Source: Ancylomarina sp. (GTDB lineage: Bacteria; Bacteroidota; Bacteroidia; Bacteroidales; Marinifilaceae). From it: a stretch of 57,718 nucleotides of DNA. The stretch lies in assembly GCF_041555295.1 (NCBI RefSeq), contig NZ_JBFFKR010000001.1:1-57718 (forward strand), read 5' to 3'. A model generated the notes under the pieces. That model saw only the letters and a list, made by a program, of their open reading frames with translations. It ran no database searches and was not told where the DNA came from. How positions within the stretch are numbered: the stretch's first letter is position 1; each line of letters starts with the position of its first letter. Position numbers and translations under genes: made by a program. Positions 8,981 to 18,705 of the stretch are shown one piece after another.

Positions 8981-9158
8981 ATTGTTATCAAATATATTGA
9001 CCGCTTTTATAAAGTGGAATTTAATCTAATTGTATTTAATGTAAGAACAAATATATTGAATCGTTTTATTAAAAAGAAACCTTAGGGAGAATGCCTAAAT
9101 ATTTATTAAGTAATATGAAGAGATGAAAAAGATCATTTAATTACAGCAAACTTTCTTT

Positions 9159-9166
9159 TAACTTTG
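9159..9166 (+). promoter_or_regulatory. -7 promoter element
   Basis: TAACTTTG, 22 nt before the ATG at 9189. Confidence 0.6.
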
Positions 9167-9188
9167 CAATAACCTTAAACATATAGAA

Positions 9189-10475
9189 ATGATACGATCT
9201 TTAACATTAATCTTAAGTGTGCTATTAGTAGCAACTAAGCTGAGTTTTGCCTCAGTTGATTTTGATACTTATTTTGAACACAAAACCTTACGAGTTGATT
9301 ATTTACTAGGTGGGAATGTAAATGAGCAGACTGTCTTTTTTCAGAATTTAAAGAAGGAGGCTTACTGGGGAGGTTCAACAAAAAATCTTGTAGATAGATT
9401 TAACTACGGTAACTTTCGTTATAAGTTGGTTGATAAAACTTCAGGAACTATAATTTATTCTAGTGGGTTTGGATCCTTGTTTCAGGAATGGCAAGCTACT
9501 CCAGAAGCAAAAATAGTGAATAGATCTTATTATCAGGTGAATGTAATGCCTTTCCCAAAGAATAGGGCTCAGTTTATTATTGACTATAGAAATAGAGATG
9601 GTGTTTTTGTACAACTTTTTGAATACGAGATTGATCCAACTAACTATTTTATTTTAGATGAAACGGCAATAAAGGTTAAGCACTCTAAGATTATGGGAAA
9701 TGGAGAAACTGATTCTAGTATTGATGTGGCTTTCATAGCTGAAGGCTATACTCAGGAAGAGATGGGGAAATTTAGAGCAGATGTCGAGCGAGTTGCTGGT
9801 TACATTTTGAATGTAGAACCTTTTAAAACTTATGCAGATCGTTTTAATATTTATGCATTAGAATCTGTTTCAGAAGAATCGGGACCGGATATTCCTGGAA
9901 AGCATATATATAAGAACACAGTTTTGAATTCAAACTTCTACACTTTTGATTCGGAGCGATATCTCACTACCTCTGATTTGAAAAGTATGTATGATATAGC
10001 TGCTAATGTGCCTTATGATCAAATTTTCGTATTAATAAATACTGAGAAATATGGTGGTGCAGGAATCTATAATTATTACACGTCTTGTGCTTCTGATCAT
10101 AAATTATCCAGAGAAGTTGCCAGCCATGAATTCGGACATGGTTTTGTTGGCTTAGCAGATGAATATTACACTTCAGGCGTATCTGTTGAAGATTTTTACA
10201 ACTTAAAAGTAGAACCTTGGGAGCCAAATATCACCACTTTGATTGATTTTGAAAGCAAATGGAAGTCATTGATAGACGAGGGAATTGTAACACCAACTCC
10301 TAGAACTGAAGAATATGAAGCCAAAGTTGGACTTTTTGAAGGAGGCGGTTATATGAATAAGGGGATTTATTCACCAGTTCAGGATTGTAAAATGAAATCG
10401 AATAATAAAGATGAATTCTGTCCTGTTTGCCAGAAAGCTTGTGTTAGGATGATCAAGTTTACAATTGGAGAATAG
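9189..10475 (+). CDS. Peptidase M64 (IgA peptidase family) metalloprotease
   Basis: Signal peptide; AEGY; HEFGHGFVGLADEY; GLFEGGGY...CKM...FCPVC. Confidence 0.92.
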   Translation: MIRSLTLILSVLLVATKLSFASVDFDTYFEHKTLRVDYLLGGNVNEQTVFFQNLKKEAYWGGSTKNLVDRFNYGNFRYKLVDKTSGTIIYSSGFGSLFQEWQATPEAKIVNRSYYQVNVMPFPKNRAQFIIDYRNRDGVFVQLFEYEIDPTNYFILDETAIKVKHSKIMGNGETDSSIDVAFIAEGYTQEEMGKFRADVERVAGYILNVEPFKTYADRFNIYALESVSEESGPDIPGKHIYKNTVLNSNFYTFDSERYLTTSDLKSMYDIAANVPYDQIFVLINTEKYGGAGIYNYYTSCASDHKLSREVASHEFGHGFVGLADEYYTSGVSVEDFYNLKVEPWEPNITTLIDFESKWKSLIDEGIVTPTPRTEEYEAKVGLFEGGGYMNKGIYSPVQDCKMKSNNKDEFCPVCQKACVRMIKFTIGE

Positions 10476-10492
10476 TTCTGATATCTAGAAAT

Positions 10493-10529
10493 AAAAAAAT
10501 GCACTCATATTGATGAGTGCATTTTTTTT
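10493..10529. terminator. Bidirectional intrinsic terminator
   Basis: A7-TGCACTCAT-loop-ATGAGTGCA-T8 between convergent genes. Confidence 0.9.
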
Positions 10530-10549
10530 GAACAGACTATTTTAGATTC

Positions 10550-10879
10550 CTATTCTTTATCTTTTTTAGCAAGACTATAGAATGCTAGTAACGCTAGTCC
10601 TCCAAACATGAAGATCATTGAGAAATATGAAACCTCTTCGCTCATTCTTGTATATTCATCAAGGATGTTTCCGACAAGAATTCCTATGGCTAGACCAATT
10701 AATAAGATACCATATTTCAAACTCTCCTGAGTTCTGTCTTTAGTTGCACTAACCAAAAGTTCTGCACTAAGACCTTTTTCAATAAGAGCCTTTCTTTCAC
10801 GATGACGGTGTACTAGGAAAATGCATAATGGTATAATTCCAAATACTGAGATGATTGCTACTACTCCTTCGATATCCAT
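10550..10879 (-). CDS. Small membrane protein (DUF6249-like)
   Basis: RHRERKALIEKG, LKYGILLIGLAIG; divergent from the ECF sigma gene. Confidence 0.75.
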   Translation of the reverse strand: MDIEGVVAIISVFGIIPLCIFLVHRHRERKALIEKGLSAELLVSATKDRTQESLKYGILLIGLAIGILVGNILDEYTRMSEEVSYFSMIFMFGGLALLAFYSLAKKDKE

Positions 10880-10956
10880 AATATAAGTTTTAATTTAAAC
10901 GTACAATAATTTTTTTTAGTTGTAAATAAAAGCTTCATATTTTTTGCTTTCAACTT

Positions 10957-10986
10957 TATGACGCCATGTTCTAAGAAAGGGTTACA
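10957..10986 (-). promoter_or_regulatory. ECF sigma promoter (TGTAAC-N17-CGTCAT) driving the DUF6249-like gene
   Basis: AAC (-35) / CGTC (-10) ECF consensus. Confidence 0.75.
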
Positions 10987-11070
10987 AATAAACTATTCTT
11001 TTTTAATTGGGTTTTTTGTCTGTTTGTTAATCGTTATATTGTAGTGTTATGTTTTTTTTGTCATTTTATC

Positions 11071-11098
11071 TGTAACCAATATAAGTTTGGTGCGTCTA
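11071..11098 (+). promoter_or_regulatory. ECF sigma autoregulatory promoter (TGTAAC-N16-CGTCTA)
   Basis: Same motif as the divergent copy; a third variant TGCAAC-N17-AGTCTA lies at 11121-11149. Confidence 0.75.
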
Positions 11099-11226
11099 AC
11101 TATTAGTAGTTCGAAACAGATGCAACATTTAAAGACTTATTACAGTCTATTGTATTGTGAAGTGGAAATGAGGAAAGTTAATTGTCTTTGAACAAGTTTG
11201 TTAATCTAGTTTCTAAACATTAGAAC

Positions 11227-11802
11227 ATGAAGTCGAACAAGGATAGCTATTACATACAAAAAATTAAGGAGGGTGATGTTGGCGCATATGCCTACTTGGT
11301 TGATCGTCATAAAAAAATGGCCTTTAACATTGCTATGCAATTAATTGGAAACAGAGAGGATGCTGAAGAAATTACACAAGATGCTTTCTTAAAAGCATAT
11401 CAGGCATTAGATAGTTATAAAGGTGAATCGAAATTTTCGACTTGGCTTTATAGAATTATATACAACGCCTCTATTTCGAAGATGCGAAAAAAAAAATTAG
11501 ATCAGGTTTCCATTGATGATGACTTTAACGCATCGGTAAATGTGAAATCGACCCAGTCGTCGCTTCAAGCTTTAACAAATAAGGAGCAGAAGCTCTATAT
11601 AGATAGAGCTCTTAATAAAATGAGGGGTGACGAAAAGATAATAATAAACCTTTTTTATTTAGAAGAGAATTCTATTGATGAGGTTAGTGAAGTTACTGGA
11701 TTGAGTGTGGCAAATGTAAAGGTTAAATTACATCGATCTCGTAAGAAATTATACGGTATCTTAGAGCAGTTTTTGCACGAAGAATTAAAAACGATACTTT
11801 AA
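11227..11802 (+). CDS. ECF RNA polymerase sigma factor
   Basis: DAEEITQDAFLKAY, FSTWLYRI, EVSEVTGLSVANVKVKLHRSRKKL. Confidence 0.95.
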   Translation: MKSNKDSYYIQKIKEGDVGAYAYLVDRHKKMAFNIAMQLIGNREDAEEITQDAFLKAYQALDSYKGESKFSTWLYRIIYNASISKMRKKKLDQVSIDDDFNASVNVKSTQSSLQALTNKEQKLYIDRALNKMRGDEKIIINLFYLEENSIDEVSEVTGLSVANVKVKLHRSRKKLYGILEQFLHEELKTIL

Positions 11803-11867
11803 GATGAAAATTAAACTAATAGAATAAAAGAAACTTGCTTTTCTAATTGAGACAAAATTTGGAACAG

Positions 11868-12290
11868 ATGCAAAAGGAAGATATATATAAAGACGAATTC
11901 ATAAAAAAGTTATTGAACGAGGTTGAACTTGAAGAGCCATCGGCCGATTTCACAAAGCATGTGATGGACGATGTGATGCAAGATTGGTTGACCAATTCAG
12001 TAAGTGTTAAGAAGCGCATGCCAATTAAACGTTTACTGATTTTAATAGCTTTTATTTTACTGATAGTGATCATTCTTTTAGGAACTGATGTGCACAGTAT
12101 TGTTGCCTCTTGGGAGCATCCTTTAATCAAGCAATTGAATGCTATTTTAATTCAGCCAATACATGATTTATTAACTGGGGCAGTTGACCGTGTTGTCAGT
12201 CTGCCTGCAATTGTTTATATAATCATGATTGCAGGTTCATCATTAGTTCTTTTTGATAATCTTGTAAAAAAGATGTTACATCAATCCTAA
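11868..12290 (+). CDS. Putative membrane anti-sigma factor
   Basis: LEEPSADFTKHVM motif followed by two TM segments, directly after the sigma gene. Confidence 0.7.
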   Translation: MQKEDIYKDEFIKKLLNEVELEEPSADFTKHVMDDVMQDWLTNSVSVKKRMPIKRLLILIAFILLIVIILLGTDVHSIVASWEHPLIKQLNAILIQPIHDLLTGAVDRVVSLPAIVYIIMIAGSSLVLFDNLVKKMLHQS

Positions 12291-12308
12291 CGAATTTGTC
12301 TATGAGGT

Positions 12309-12344
12309 AAAAAATGCTGTCGATAATTCGACAGCATTTTTTTT
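12309..12344. terminator. Bidirectional intrinsic terminator
   Basis: A6-TGCTGTCGA-TAAT-TCGACAGCA-T8. Confidence 0.9.
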
Positions 12345-12361
12345 ATATGTGAATTTCATTC

Positions 12362-12730
12362 CTAGAATGGAAGATCATCTTCTTCTGGAGCTGGAGGCAT
12401 ATCTGCTGCGTTGAATTCAGGCATTTCAGCAGCAGCTGCCGCTTGCATTTTCTCAATTCTCCAAGCTTCAAGATTTGAAAAGTAGTTTACTTTTCCATCT
12501 TTTTCCCATTTTCTTCCTTTGATATTGAAAGAAACCTTAATGTTTTCGTTAACAGACACAGTCTCTAATAAATCGCAACGATCCTGAGTCAATTGAAACT
12601 TAATGAAATCATTCCAATCAGAATTTCTCTCATTTTCAACTTCAATAACAAATTCTCTTTTCTTAAAACGATCGCTTATTTGTTGAGTATCCTCTTTAAG
12701 GATAACCTTACCGTTAATTTCAAAATTCAT
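12362..12730 (-). CDS. DUF3127 OB-fold protein with SSB-like DDLPF tail
   Basis: FKKREFVIE, IKFQLTQDRC, GRKW...YFSNLEAWRI, C-terminal EDDLPF. Confidence 0.88.
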   Translation of the reverse strand: MNFEINGKVILKEDTQQISDRFKKREFVIEVENERNSDWNDFIKFQLTQDRCDLLETVSVNENIKVSFNIKGRKWEKDGKVNYFSNLEAWRIEKMQAAAAAEMPEFNAADMPPAPEEDDLPF

Positions 12731-12796
12731 ATAAATATCTTTTGCTTAGTAAGTATTTACTAATGTTTGATTATTGTAAATTTTCTTTAGAAAGAA

Positions 12797-13234
12797 TTAC
12801 TCTCTGATGATTACGATTTTCTCGATAACATCACCACCTTTAATTTGGTCGATTACTTCAAGACCCTCTACAACCTTGCCAAAACAAGTGTGCTGACGAT
12901 CTAGGTGAGCTGTGTTCTCGCGACTATGGCAAATAAAGAATTGAGATCCACCTGTATTTCTTCCAGCGTGAGCCATAGAAAGAACACCTTTATCGTGGAA
13001 TTGGTTACCGCCAGTTAATTCACATTTGATAGTATGACCTGGTCCACCTGCACCTGTTCCATCAGGACATCCTCCTTGAATAACAAAGTTTGGAATTACA
13101 CGGTGAAAAGTTAATCCATCGTAAAATCCTTTTTCTGAAAGAGTAACAAAATTTTGAACTGTCGTAGGTGCATCTTTTTCGAAGAATTCCACCTTCATTA
13201 GACCTTTTTCTGTATGAATTTCTGCTTGTAACAT
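12797..13234 (-). CDS. Cyclophilin-type peptidyl-prolyl isomerase
   Basis: [47 protein letters not shown]. Start placed at MLQAEI. Confidence 0.95.
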   Translation of the reverse strand: MLQAEIHTEKGLMKVEFFEKDAPTTVQNFVTLSEKGFYDGLTFHRVIPNFVIQGGCPDGTGAGGPGHTIKCELTGGNQFHDKGVLSMAHAGRNTGGSQFFICHSRENTAHLDRQHTCFGKVVEGLEVIDQIKGGDVIEKIVIIRE

Positions 13235-13475
13235 ATCTTTGATTTTTATTAGTTTTTTTCTGTGAAATTGAAGATTGAAAGTACTCATTTTCTTTCAAAA
13301 TGTCTTAGCCAGACAACAAAAAAACAAAATCGAGTTTGTTCTCTATGCTTTGATTATGAGTTCACTTGCTTGTAAGCTAGGAACTTGTCGTTTTAATAAA
13401 CGACTTCGCTAAAATCAAATGCTATTTGTTCAATTAGCCTACAAAGCTAAGAAAAGAATTGTACTCGCAAAAGGG

Positions 13476-13513
13476 AAAAAAAAATCCCTTTCCGAAATAA
13501 ATCGAAAAGGGAA
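13476..13513 (-). terminator. Intrinsic terminator of the FKBP pair
   Basis: TCCCTTTTCG/CGGAAAGGGA stem plus T-run on the minus strand. Confidence 0.75.
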
Positions 13514-13570
13514 TATTCTAATAGAGTTCTGTTGAAACAAATTCTCTAATATTTAAATTTTATTAAGAAA

Positions 13571-14278
13571 TTATTTTGTAGCAGGAGCTGCTGCAGCAAC
13601 AATTTCAAGAAGCTCAATTTCGAAAATTAATGTTGAGTTAGGTCCGATATTAGCACCTGCTCCACGAGGACCATAAGCTAAAGCAGAAGGAATATAAAGC
13701 TCCCACTTAGAACCAACAGGCATCATTTGTAAAGCTTCAGTCCATCCTTTGATTACACGAGTAGGTAAGAATTTTGCTGGTTCGTTACGTTTGTATGAAG
13801 AATCAAATTCCTTACCATCAATTGTTGTTCCACGGTAATGAACACTAACTTCTTGATCTTTAGTTGGGATTGCTCCAGTTCCTGCAGTTAAAACTTTGTA
13901 TTGAAGTCCACTTTCAGTAGTTACAACACCTTCTTTGCCTTTATTCTCTTCTAGGAATTTCTCACCAATAGCAATATTCGCTTCAGCTGCTTTTTCCTTA
14001 AGAACTTTAATGTAATTATTGATGATTGCACCACCAGCACGAGGCTCGATTCTTAAATCTTCCTGAGCTAAAGCAGCGTTTAAACCTGCTAAAAGAGCAT
14101 CTTGATTAACTTCGTTTAAGCTGTTTTGTAATAAGTTCCCTCCGAAACTAGCACCGATACTATAGCTTACAGAATCAACAGTTGTGTTCAAAGCCATTTT
14201 AGTGTCTACTTTCTTATCGCAAGAGCTAAATGCGAATACGCCTAGTCCTAATGCTAGAGTTAATGCTTTTAATTTCAT
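13571..14278 (-). CDS. FKBP-type PPIase (FkpA/Mip-like) lipoprotein
   Basis: Lipobox FAFSSC; DSVSYSIG; SGLQY; FDSS; VIKGWTEAL; AYG. Confidence 0.93.
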   Translation of the reverse strand: MKLKALTLALGLGVFAFSSCDKKVDTKMALNTTVDSVSYSIGASFGGNLLQNSLNEVNQDALLAGLNAALAQEDLRIEPRAGGAIINNYIKVLKEKAAEANIAIGEKFLEENKGKEGVVTTESGLQYKVLTAGTGAIPTKDQEVSVHYRGTTIDGKEFDSSYKRNEPAKFLPTRVIKGWTEALQMMPVGSKWELYIPSALAYGPRGAGANIGPNSTLIFEIELLEIVAAAAPATK

Positions 14279-14309
14279 TGTTTTGAATATTTAGTTTATC
14301 TGTGAAAAA

Positions 14310-14930
14310 TTATACAATTTCTAATAACTCTACTTCAAACATTAGAGTTGTGTGTGGCCCGATTAAGTTACCAGCACCTTGTGCACCATAGGCAAGGTGC
14401 GAAGGAACAAACAATTTCCATTTCGATCCAAGAGGCATCAATTGAAGCGCTTCAACCCATCCAGCAATAACACCGTTTACTGGGAATGTAGCAGGCTCTC
14501 CACGATCTACAGAGCTATCGAAAATAGTTCCGTTAATCAATGTTCCGTGGTAGTGACACTTAACGCTGTCGGTTGCTTTTGGAATAGCACCATTACCTTC
14601 TGTAATAACTTGATATTGAAGACCGCTTTCCAGTTCAATTACGCCTTCATTTTTTTTGTTCTCTTCAAGGAAAACTTTTCCTTCACCTATAGCTTGTCCA
14701 GCCTGCTCTTCTTGCATTTTTCCGAAAAACTCCTGTAGAATACCATTAGCCTCTTCTGGAGACAACTCTGGCATTTTACCATTAAATGCAGCTTCAAGAG
14801 CTTCAACAAATGGCTCAGTGCTTATAGTCTTAACACCTGATGTAATTAAATTGCTTGCAATGCTTAAACCAAGGCAATAGCTTACCTTATCTTGTTCTTC
14901 TGTATATTTCATGTATTCAAAATTATTCAT
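14310..14930 (-). CDS. FKBP-type PPIase (FklB-like)
   Basis: DKVSYCLG, SGLQY, HYHGTL, FDSS, VIAGWVEAL. Alternative ATG at 14912. Confidence 0.93.
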   Translation of the reverse strand: MNNFEYMKYTEEQDKVSYCLGLSIASNLITSGVKTISTEPFVEALEAAFNGKMPELSPEEANGILQEFFGKMQEEQAGQAIGEGKVFLEENKKNEGVIELESGLQYQVITEGNGAIPKATDSVKCHYHGTLINGTIFDSSVDRGEPATFPVNGVIAGWVEALQLMPLGSKWKLFVPSHLAYGAQGAGNLIGPHTTLMFEVELLEIV

Positions 14931-15135
14931 CTCAAAAATGAGTCTTGAATTTCAAAATGCAGATATTAAAATACTTGCACTTGAAATTGATCTTCATTTG
15001 CTTTGAGAAACATCAATATTTAGTTACGTTATTGTTATTCAGAGGTTTATGACTTCTTCTGAAAAGCAAAGCCCTAAGTTAATAGTTTTATCCAAAAATG
15101 CGAGAATAGCTTATGCTTTTTAAGTTTTTTTTAAT

Positions 15136-15828
15136 TTATTCGAAAGGTTCTTTATAATCAAAATTTTCAATTCTAGTCGCTCTTAAAATATGATGTTTGC
15201 CTGGGGGGCCAGCTAATCTTTTGATTTCAAAACCCGATGCACGAAGTGCTCTCTTTACAATGCCCTTAGAACAGTATGTGACTAGTATGGCATTAGAATT
15301 TGTACACCCATATAGTTTTTTGAATATTTCTTCTGTCCATAGATCTGGTTGAATATCAGGTGCAAAGGCATCAAAGTAAATAAGATCATATTTATCCTTG
15401 AAGTCTATTGTTTTTAAATCCCCATTTATTTTTTTGAGTTCGAAATTGGCAGAGATTTCACTGGTTTTATTCCAATCAACTTGGTGTAGTTTCCTAAACA
15501 ATTCTTTATTACCAAAATCAATTTGCTCAGGATAATTTAGAACTGTTAGATGTTCTTCATCAACAGGGTAACGTTCTAAGCTGTGATAAACAATAGATCT
15601 TTTATTATTCTCAGCTTCCACAAGAGTCAAGTATGCATTAAGACCTGTCCCAAAACCGATTTCTAAAATACGAATTGGATTTTTTTCAGAAAAGTGTAAA
15701 CCTGTACTTATATAGACATGAATTGCTTCCTGAATAGCACCATGTGTTGAATGATAATGTTCGTTGAGTTCTGGAATATATATGGTGTGAGAACCATCTT
15801 CAGTTATTTTTATCTCTCGTTTCAGCAT
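15136..15828 (-). CDS. mnmD: tRNA mnm5s2U34 methyltransferase (MnmC N-terminal-like)
   Basis: TEDGSHT, EHYHSTHGAIQEA, LEIGFGTGLN, YFDAFAP, GPPGK. Confidence 0.9.
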   Translation of the reverse strand: MLKREIKITEDGSHTIYIPELNEHYHSTHGAIQEAIHVYISTGLHFSEKNPIRILEIGFGTGLNAYLTLVEAENNKRSIVYHSLERYPVDEEHLTVLNYPEQIDFGNKELFRKLHQVDWNKTSEISANFELKKINGDLKTIDFKDKYDLIYFDAFAPDIQPDLWTEEIFKKLYGCTNSNAILVTYCSKGIVKRALRASGFEIKRLAGPPGKHHILRATRIENFDYKEPFE

Positions 15829-15863
15829 GGTGTTATTTAATAGTGGATGATACTTAATCCAGT

Positions 15864-17390
15864 TTATAGCTTTGTGTCAGCGTCCTTATTATGACCTATA
15901 TCTATTGGTGAAATCACAACAGCTTGTTGGCGCAATCTATTTGGGAACAGATTAATCCATTTTTTTTGAAATGGTAATTCTTGATCATTCTCGGGATGAC
16001 GAACTAATAAAATTATAAATCCGAAGAATAGAAAAATTCCCTTTAGTATACTTGATAAGGTAAGGCCCCACCATACAGAAGTCACAGGTACTGAGTCAGG
16101 GTTAAGATATTCTGGAAAAAGAGGTAGCATATCAACAAGATTGTAAGCAAAAATAATAGCAAATGGTATGCGCAGAACGTTTCCGATTATGCCAATTATA
16201 GTTGGTGGCATGGCTTTGCCAATTCCATTAAATGCGCCGGTAGCAGTAATCTCTATACTCATGAAAATCTGTGAGAAACTTAGAATCATCAAATAAACAA
16301 TTCCCATTTTAAGAACATCAGGTTCACTTGTTTTAATGAAAATACTGAATACTTCCGATCCAAAAAAGTAAAATAATGCTGTGCTTAGTAGCCCTATAGT
16401 TGAGGCTATACCCAGAGTAATGAAAAAACCTTTTTGAATTCGGTCCCAACGCTTGGCACCATAGTTTTGGCCTGTAAAAGTTCCGAGTGCAGATGAAAAG
16501 CCCAAGGCTGTCATCCAGGAAAGAGCTTCAATTTGGGAACCGATTGATTGTACGGAAAAAGGGATGCTATTTCCCTGAGCAATACTATTCATTATCCGTG
16601 CAAGGAGCATTGAAAGTAAAGCAAAGCAGGCTGATTGAAGAGCAACAGGACCGCCAATTTTGATGATTGGTTTTAAAAATTGCGTCTGTAGTTTACCTAA
16701 ATATTGTTTGGTTCTAAGAGGATTGTATTTTCCTTTAAGGAGTAATATAAATAATCCAAATACGAAAATTTGGGAAATAACTGTTGCTATACCAGCGCCT
16801 TCAGCACCCATTGCAGGAATGCTTCCCCACCCAAAAATTAGAATCGGATCTAGAATCATATTCAAAATTAGTCCCACAGCGTTGACATAAAAAGGCACTT
16901 TGGTATTACCCGTTCCGTTATATATCCCTGAAAGGGTGATGTTAGAAAAGGTGAAGGGCATACCAATAGCTACAATTCTTAGATAGACAAAGGCTGTTTG
17001 ATTTACAAAATTGCTTTCAATTTGAAAGAGATTGACAATTGGTCCCGTAAATAACCAAACTAAAAAACCAAAAGCAATGGAAATGAGAAAAGATAAACCG
17101 AAAGCGTTTCGAGTGAAAGCTTTTGCATCTTCCATGTTTTTGCGCCCAATGGATTGAGAAATACACACTTCTGCTCCTATTTTTGTAATAAACATGAGCG
17201 AAGATCCTAACCACACCAAGTAAAGAGCTATACCAACAGCACTTACCGTTTCGCTTCCTACTCGACCCAGCCAGGCCATATCAGTCATATTGTACGCCAT
17301 TTGTACAAATGAAGTCGCAATAATAGGGATAGCTAGTTTGAGTATTTGAGGGAATATTCTGCCTGTCGTTAGATCTTTTATTTGTGACAC
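15864..17390 (-). CDS. MATE family efflux transporter
   Basis: DLTTG, AYNMTDMAWLGRVG, LDPILIFG, GQNYGA; ~12 TM; GTG start. Confidence 0.92.
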   Translation of the reverse strand: MSQIKDLTTGRIFPQILKLAIPIIATSFVQMAYNMTDMAWLGRVGSETVSAVGIALYLVWLGSSLMFITKIGAEVCISQSIGRKNMEDAKAFTRNAFGLSFLISIAFGFLVWLFTGPIVNLFQIESNFVNQTAFVYLRIVAIGMPFTFSNITLSGIYNGTGNTKVPFYVNAVGLILNMILDPILIFGWGSIPAMGAEGAGIATVISQIFVFGLFILLLKGKYNPLRTKQYLGKLQTQFLKPIIKIGGPVALQSACFALLSMLLARIMNSIAQGNSIPFSVQSIGSQIEALSWMTALGFSSALGTFTGQNYGAKRWDRIQKGFFITLGIASTIGLLSTALFYFFGSEVFSIFIKTSEPDVLKMGIVYLMILSFSQIFMSIEITATGAFNGIGKAMPPTIIGIIGNVLRIPFAIIFAYNLVDMLPLFPEYLNPDSVPVTSVWWGLTLSSILKGIFLFFGFIILLVRHPENDQELPFQKKWINLFPNRLRQQAVVISPIDIGHNKDADTKL

Positions 17391-17538
17391 TGAATAGACT
17401 TTAATTAATTGAACGATTAGGATTGGTATAGGAGATTTTAGATATGAATAAAACCGCCTTAAATAATGTCATGCAAAATTAAGAAATAGATGCAATATTA
17501 TTGAAAATAGCTCGATTAATTCAGATCTTGCAGCCATT

Positions 17539-18609
17539 ATGAGTGAAGATGTAATTAGAAAGATAATTCATATTGATATGGATGCTTTTTTTGCCTCAGT
17601 TGAGCAAAAAGATAATCCTGAACTTAAGGGTAAAGCTGTGGCTGTTGGCGGAGGTGGAGATAGAGGCGTTGTTGCGGCAGCGAGTTATGAGGCTAGAAAA
17701 TTTGGGGTGCGATCTGCTATGCCATCCAAAACAGCTTTGAAACGATGTCCACATCTTATTTTTGTAAAGCCTCGCCATTCTCGATACAAAGAGATTTCTG
17801 ATCAAATCATGACAATTTTTCATGAGTTTACCGACTTGGTTGAACCACTTTCTATTGATGAGGCTTTTCTTGATGTCAGCCGCAATAAGATGGGATTGCC
17901 TTCTGCTACAGCAATTGCTGTAGAAATTAGGCGAAGAGTTAAAGAGGAAACGGGATTAATTGCTTCTGCGGGTATTTCTGTAAATAAGTTTTTGGCAAAA
18001 ATTGCATCTGATTATCAAAAGCCAGATGGACTGTTTGTAATAAAGCCGAAAATGGTGGAATCATTTATCGAGAAATTGAGCATCGAGAAGTTTTTTGGTG
18101 TAGGCAAGGTGACTGCTGAAAAGATGCATCAAATTGGAATTTTTCATGGTAAAGATTTGAAAAAGCGTTCTTTGTTGGAATTGACTCGTTTGTTTGGAAA
18201 AAATGGAGCTTACTATTACAATATTGTCCGAGGTATTGATAACAGAGAGGTTGATCCCCACCGGATAAGAAAATCAGTTAGTACTGAGAATACCTTTCTT
18301 GATGATATTAGAACTAAGAAACAGCTCAAAATAAGATTAGAAGAATTGATATTAGACCTTCATCGACGTTTGCAGCGGACTAAATTCAAAGGGCGTACTA
18401 TAAATATGAAAATCAAGTACAGTAGTTTTGAGCAAATTACGCGTTCTCGTACTGTTTTGCATGAGATTACAGATTATAAAGAGATTGTAGAATTGTCAAA
18501 TAGTTTGCTTGATCAACTTGAGCTGACAGACAGTGTTCGCCTACTGGGAGTCGGTATTTCCAACCAAATAAAGCACAATGAAGTCATTCAACTCACATTC
18601 GATTTTTAA
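17539..18609 (+). CDS. dinB: DNA polymerase IV
   Basis: IIHIDMDAFFASVE, SYEARKFGV, SIDEAFLD; C-terminal clamp-binding motif QLTFDF. Confidence 0.96.
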   Translation: MSEDVIRKIIHIDMDAFFASVEQKDNPELKGKAVAVGGGGDRGVVAAASYEARKFGVRSAMPSKTALKRCPHLIFVKPRHSRYKEISDQIMTIFHEFTDLVEPLSIDEAFLDVSRNKMGLPSATAIAVEIRRRVKEETGLIASAGISVNKFLAKIASDYQKPDGLFVIKPKMVESFIEKLSIEKFFGVGKVTAEKMHQIGIFHGKDLKKRSLLELTRLFGKNGAYYYNIVRGIDNREVDPHRIRKSVSTENTFLDDIRTKKQLKIRLEELILDLHRRLQRTKFKGRTINMKIKYSSFEQITRSRTVLHEITDYKEIVELSNSLLDQLELTDSVRLLGVGISNQIKHNEVIQLTFDF

Positions 18610-18657
18610 TAAAGAGTAATTATGTTTTTTAATATCGTTCATTAAGAATGATTTTTC

Positions 18658-18665
18658 TATTTTTG
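18658..18665 (+). promoter_or_regulatory. -7 promoter element
   Basis: TATTTTTG upstream of the nucleotidase genes. Confidence 0.55.
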
Positions 18666-18705
18666 CATCATATTAAAAGATATTTAAGTATTTTATTTTC
18701 AAAGA

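Noticed and set aside
11487-11496. A10 tract in the ECF sigma gene as a phase-variation switch
   Set aside because: Encodes an in-frame RKKK typical of this region; plausible by chance in an AT-rich genome.
17400-17538. SOS box upstream of dinB
   Set aside because: No convincing dyad, and none shared with the S24 repressor upstream region.
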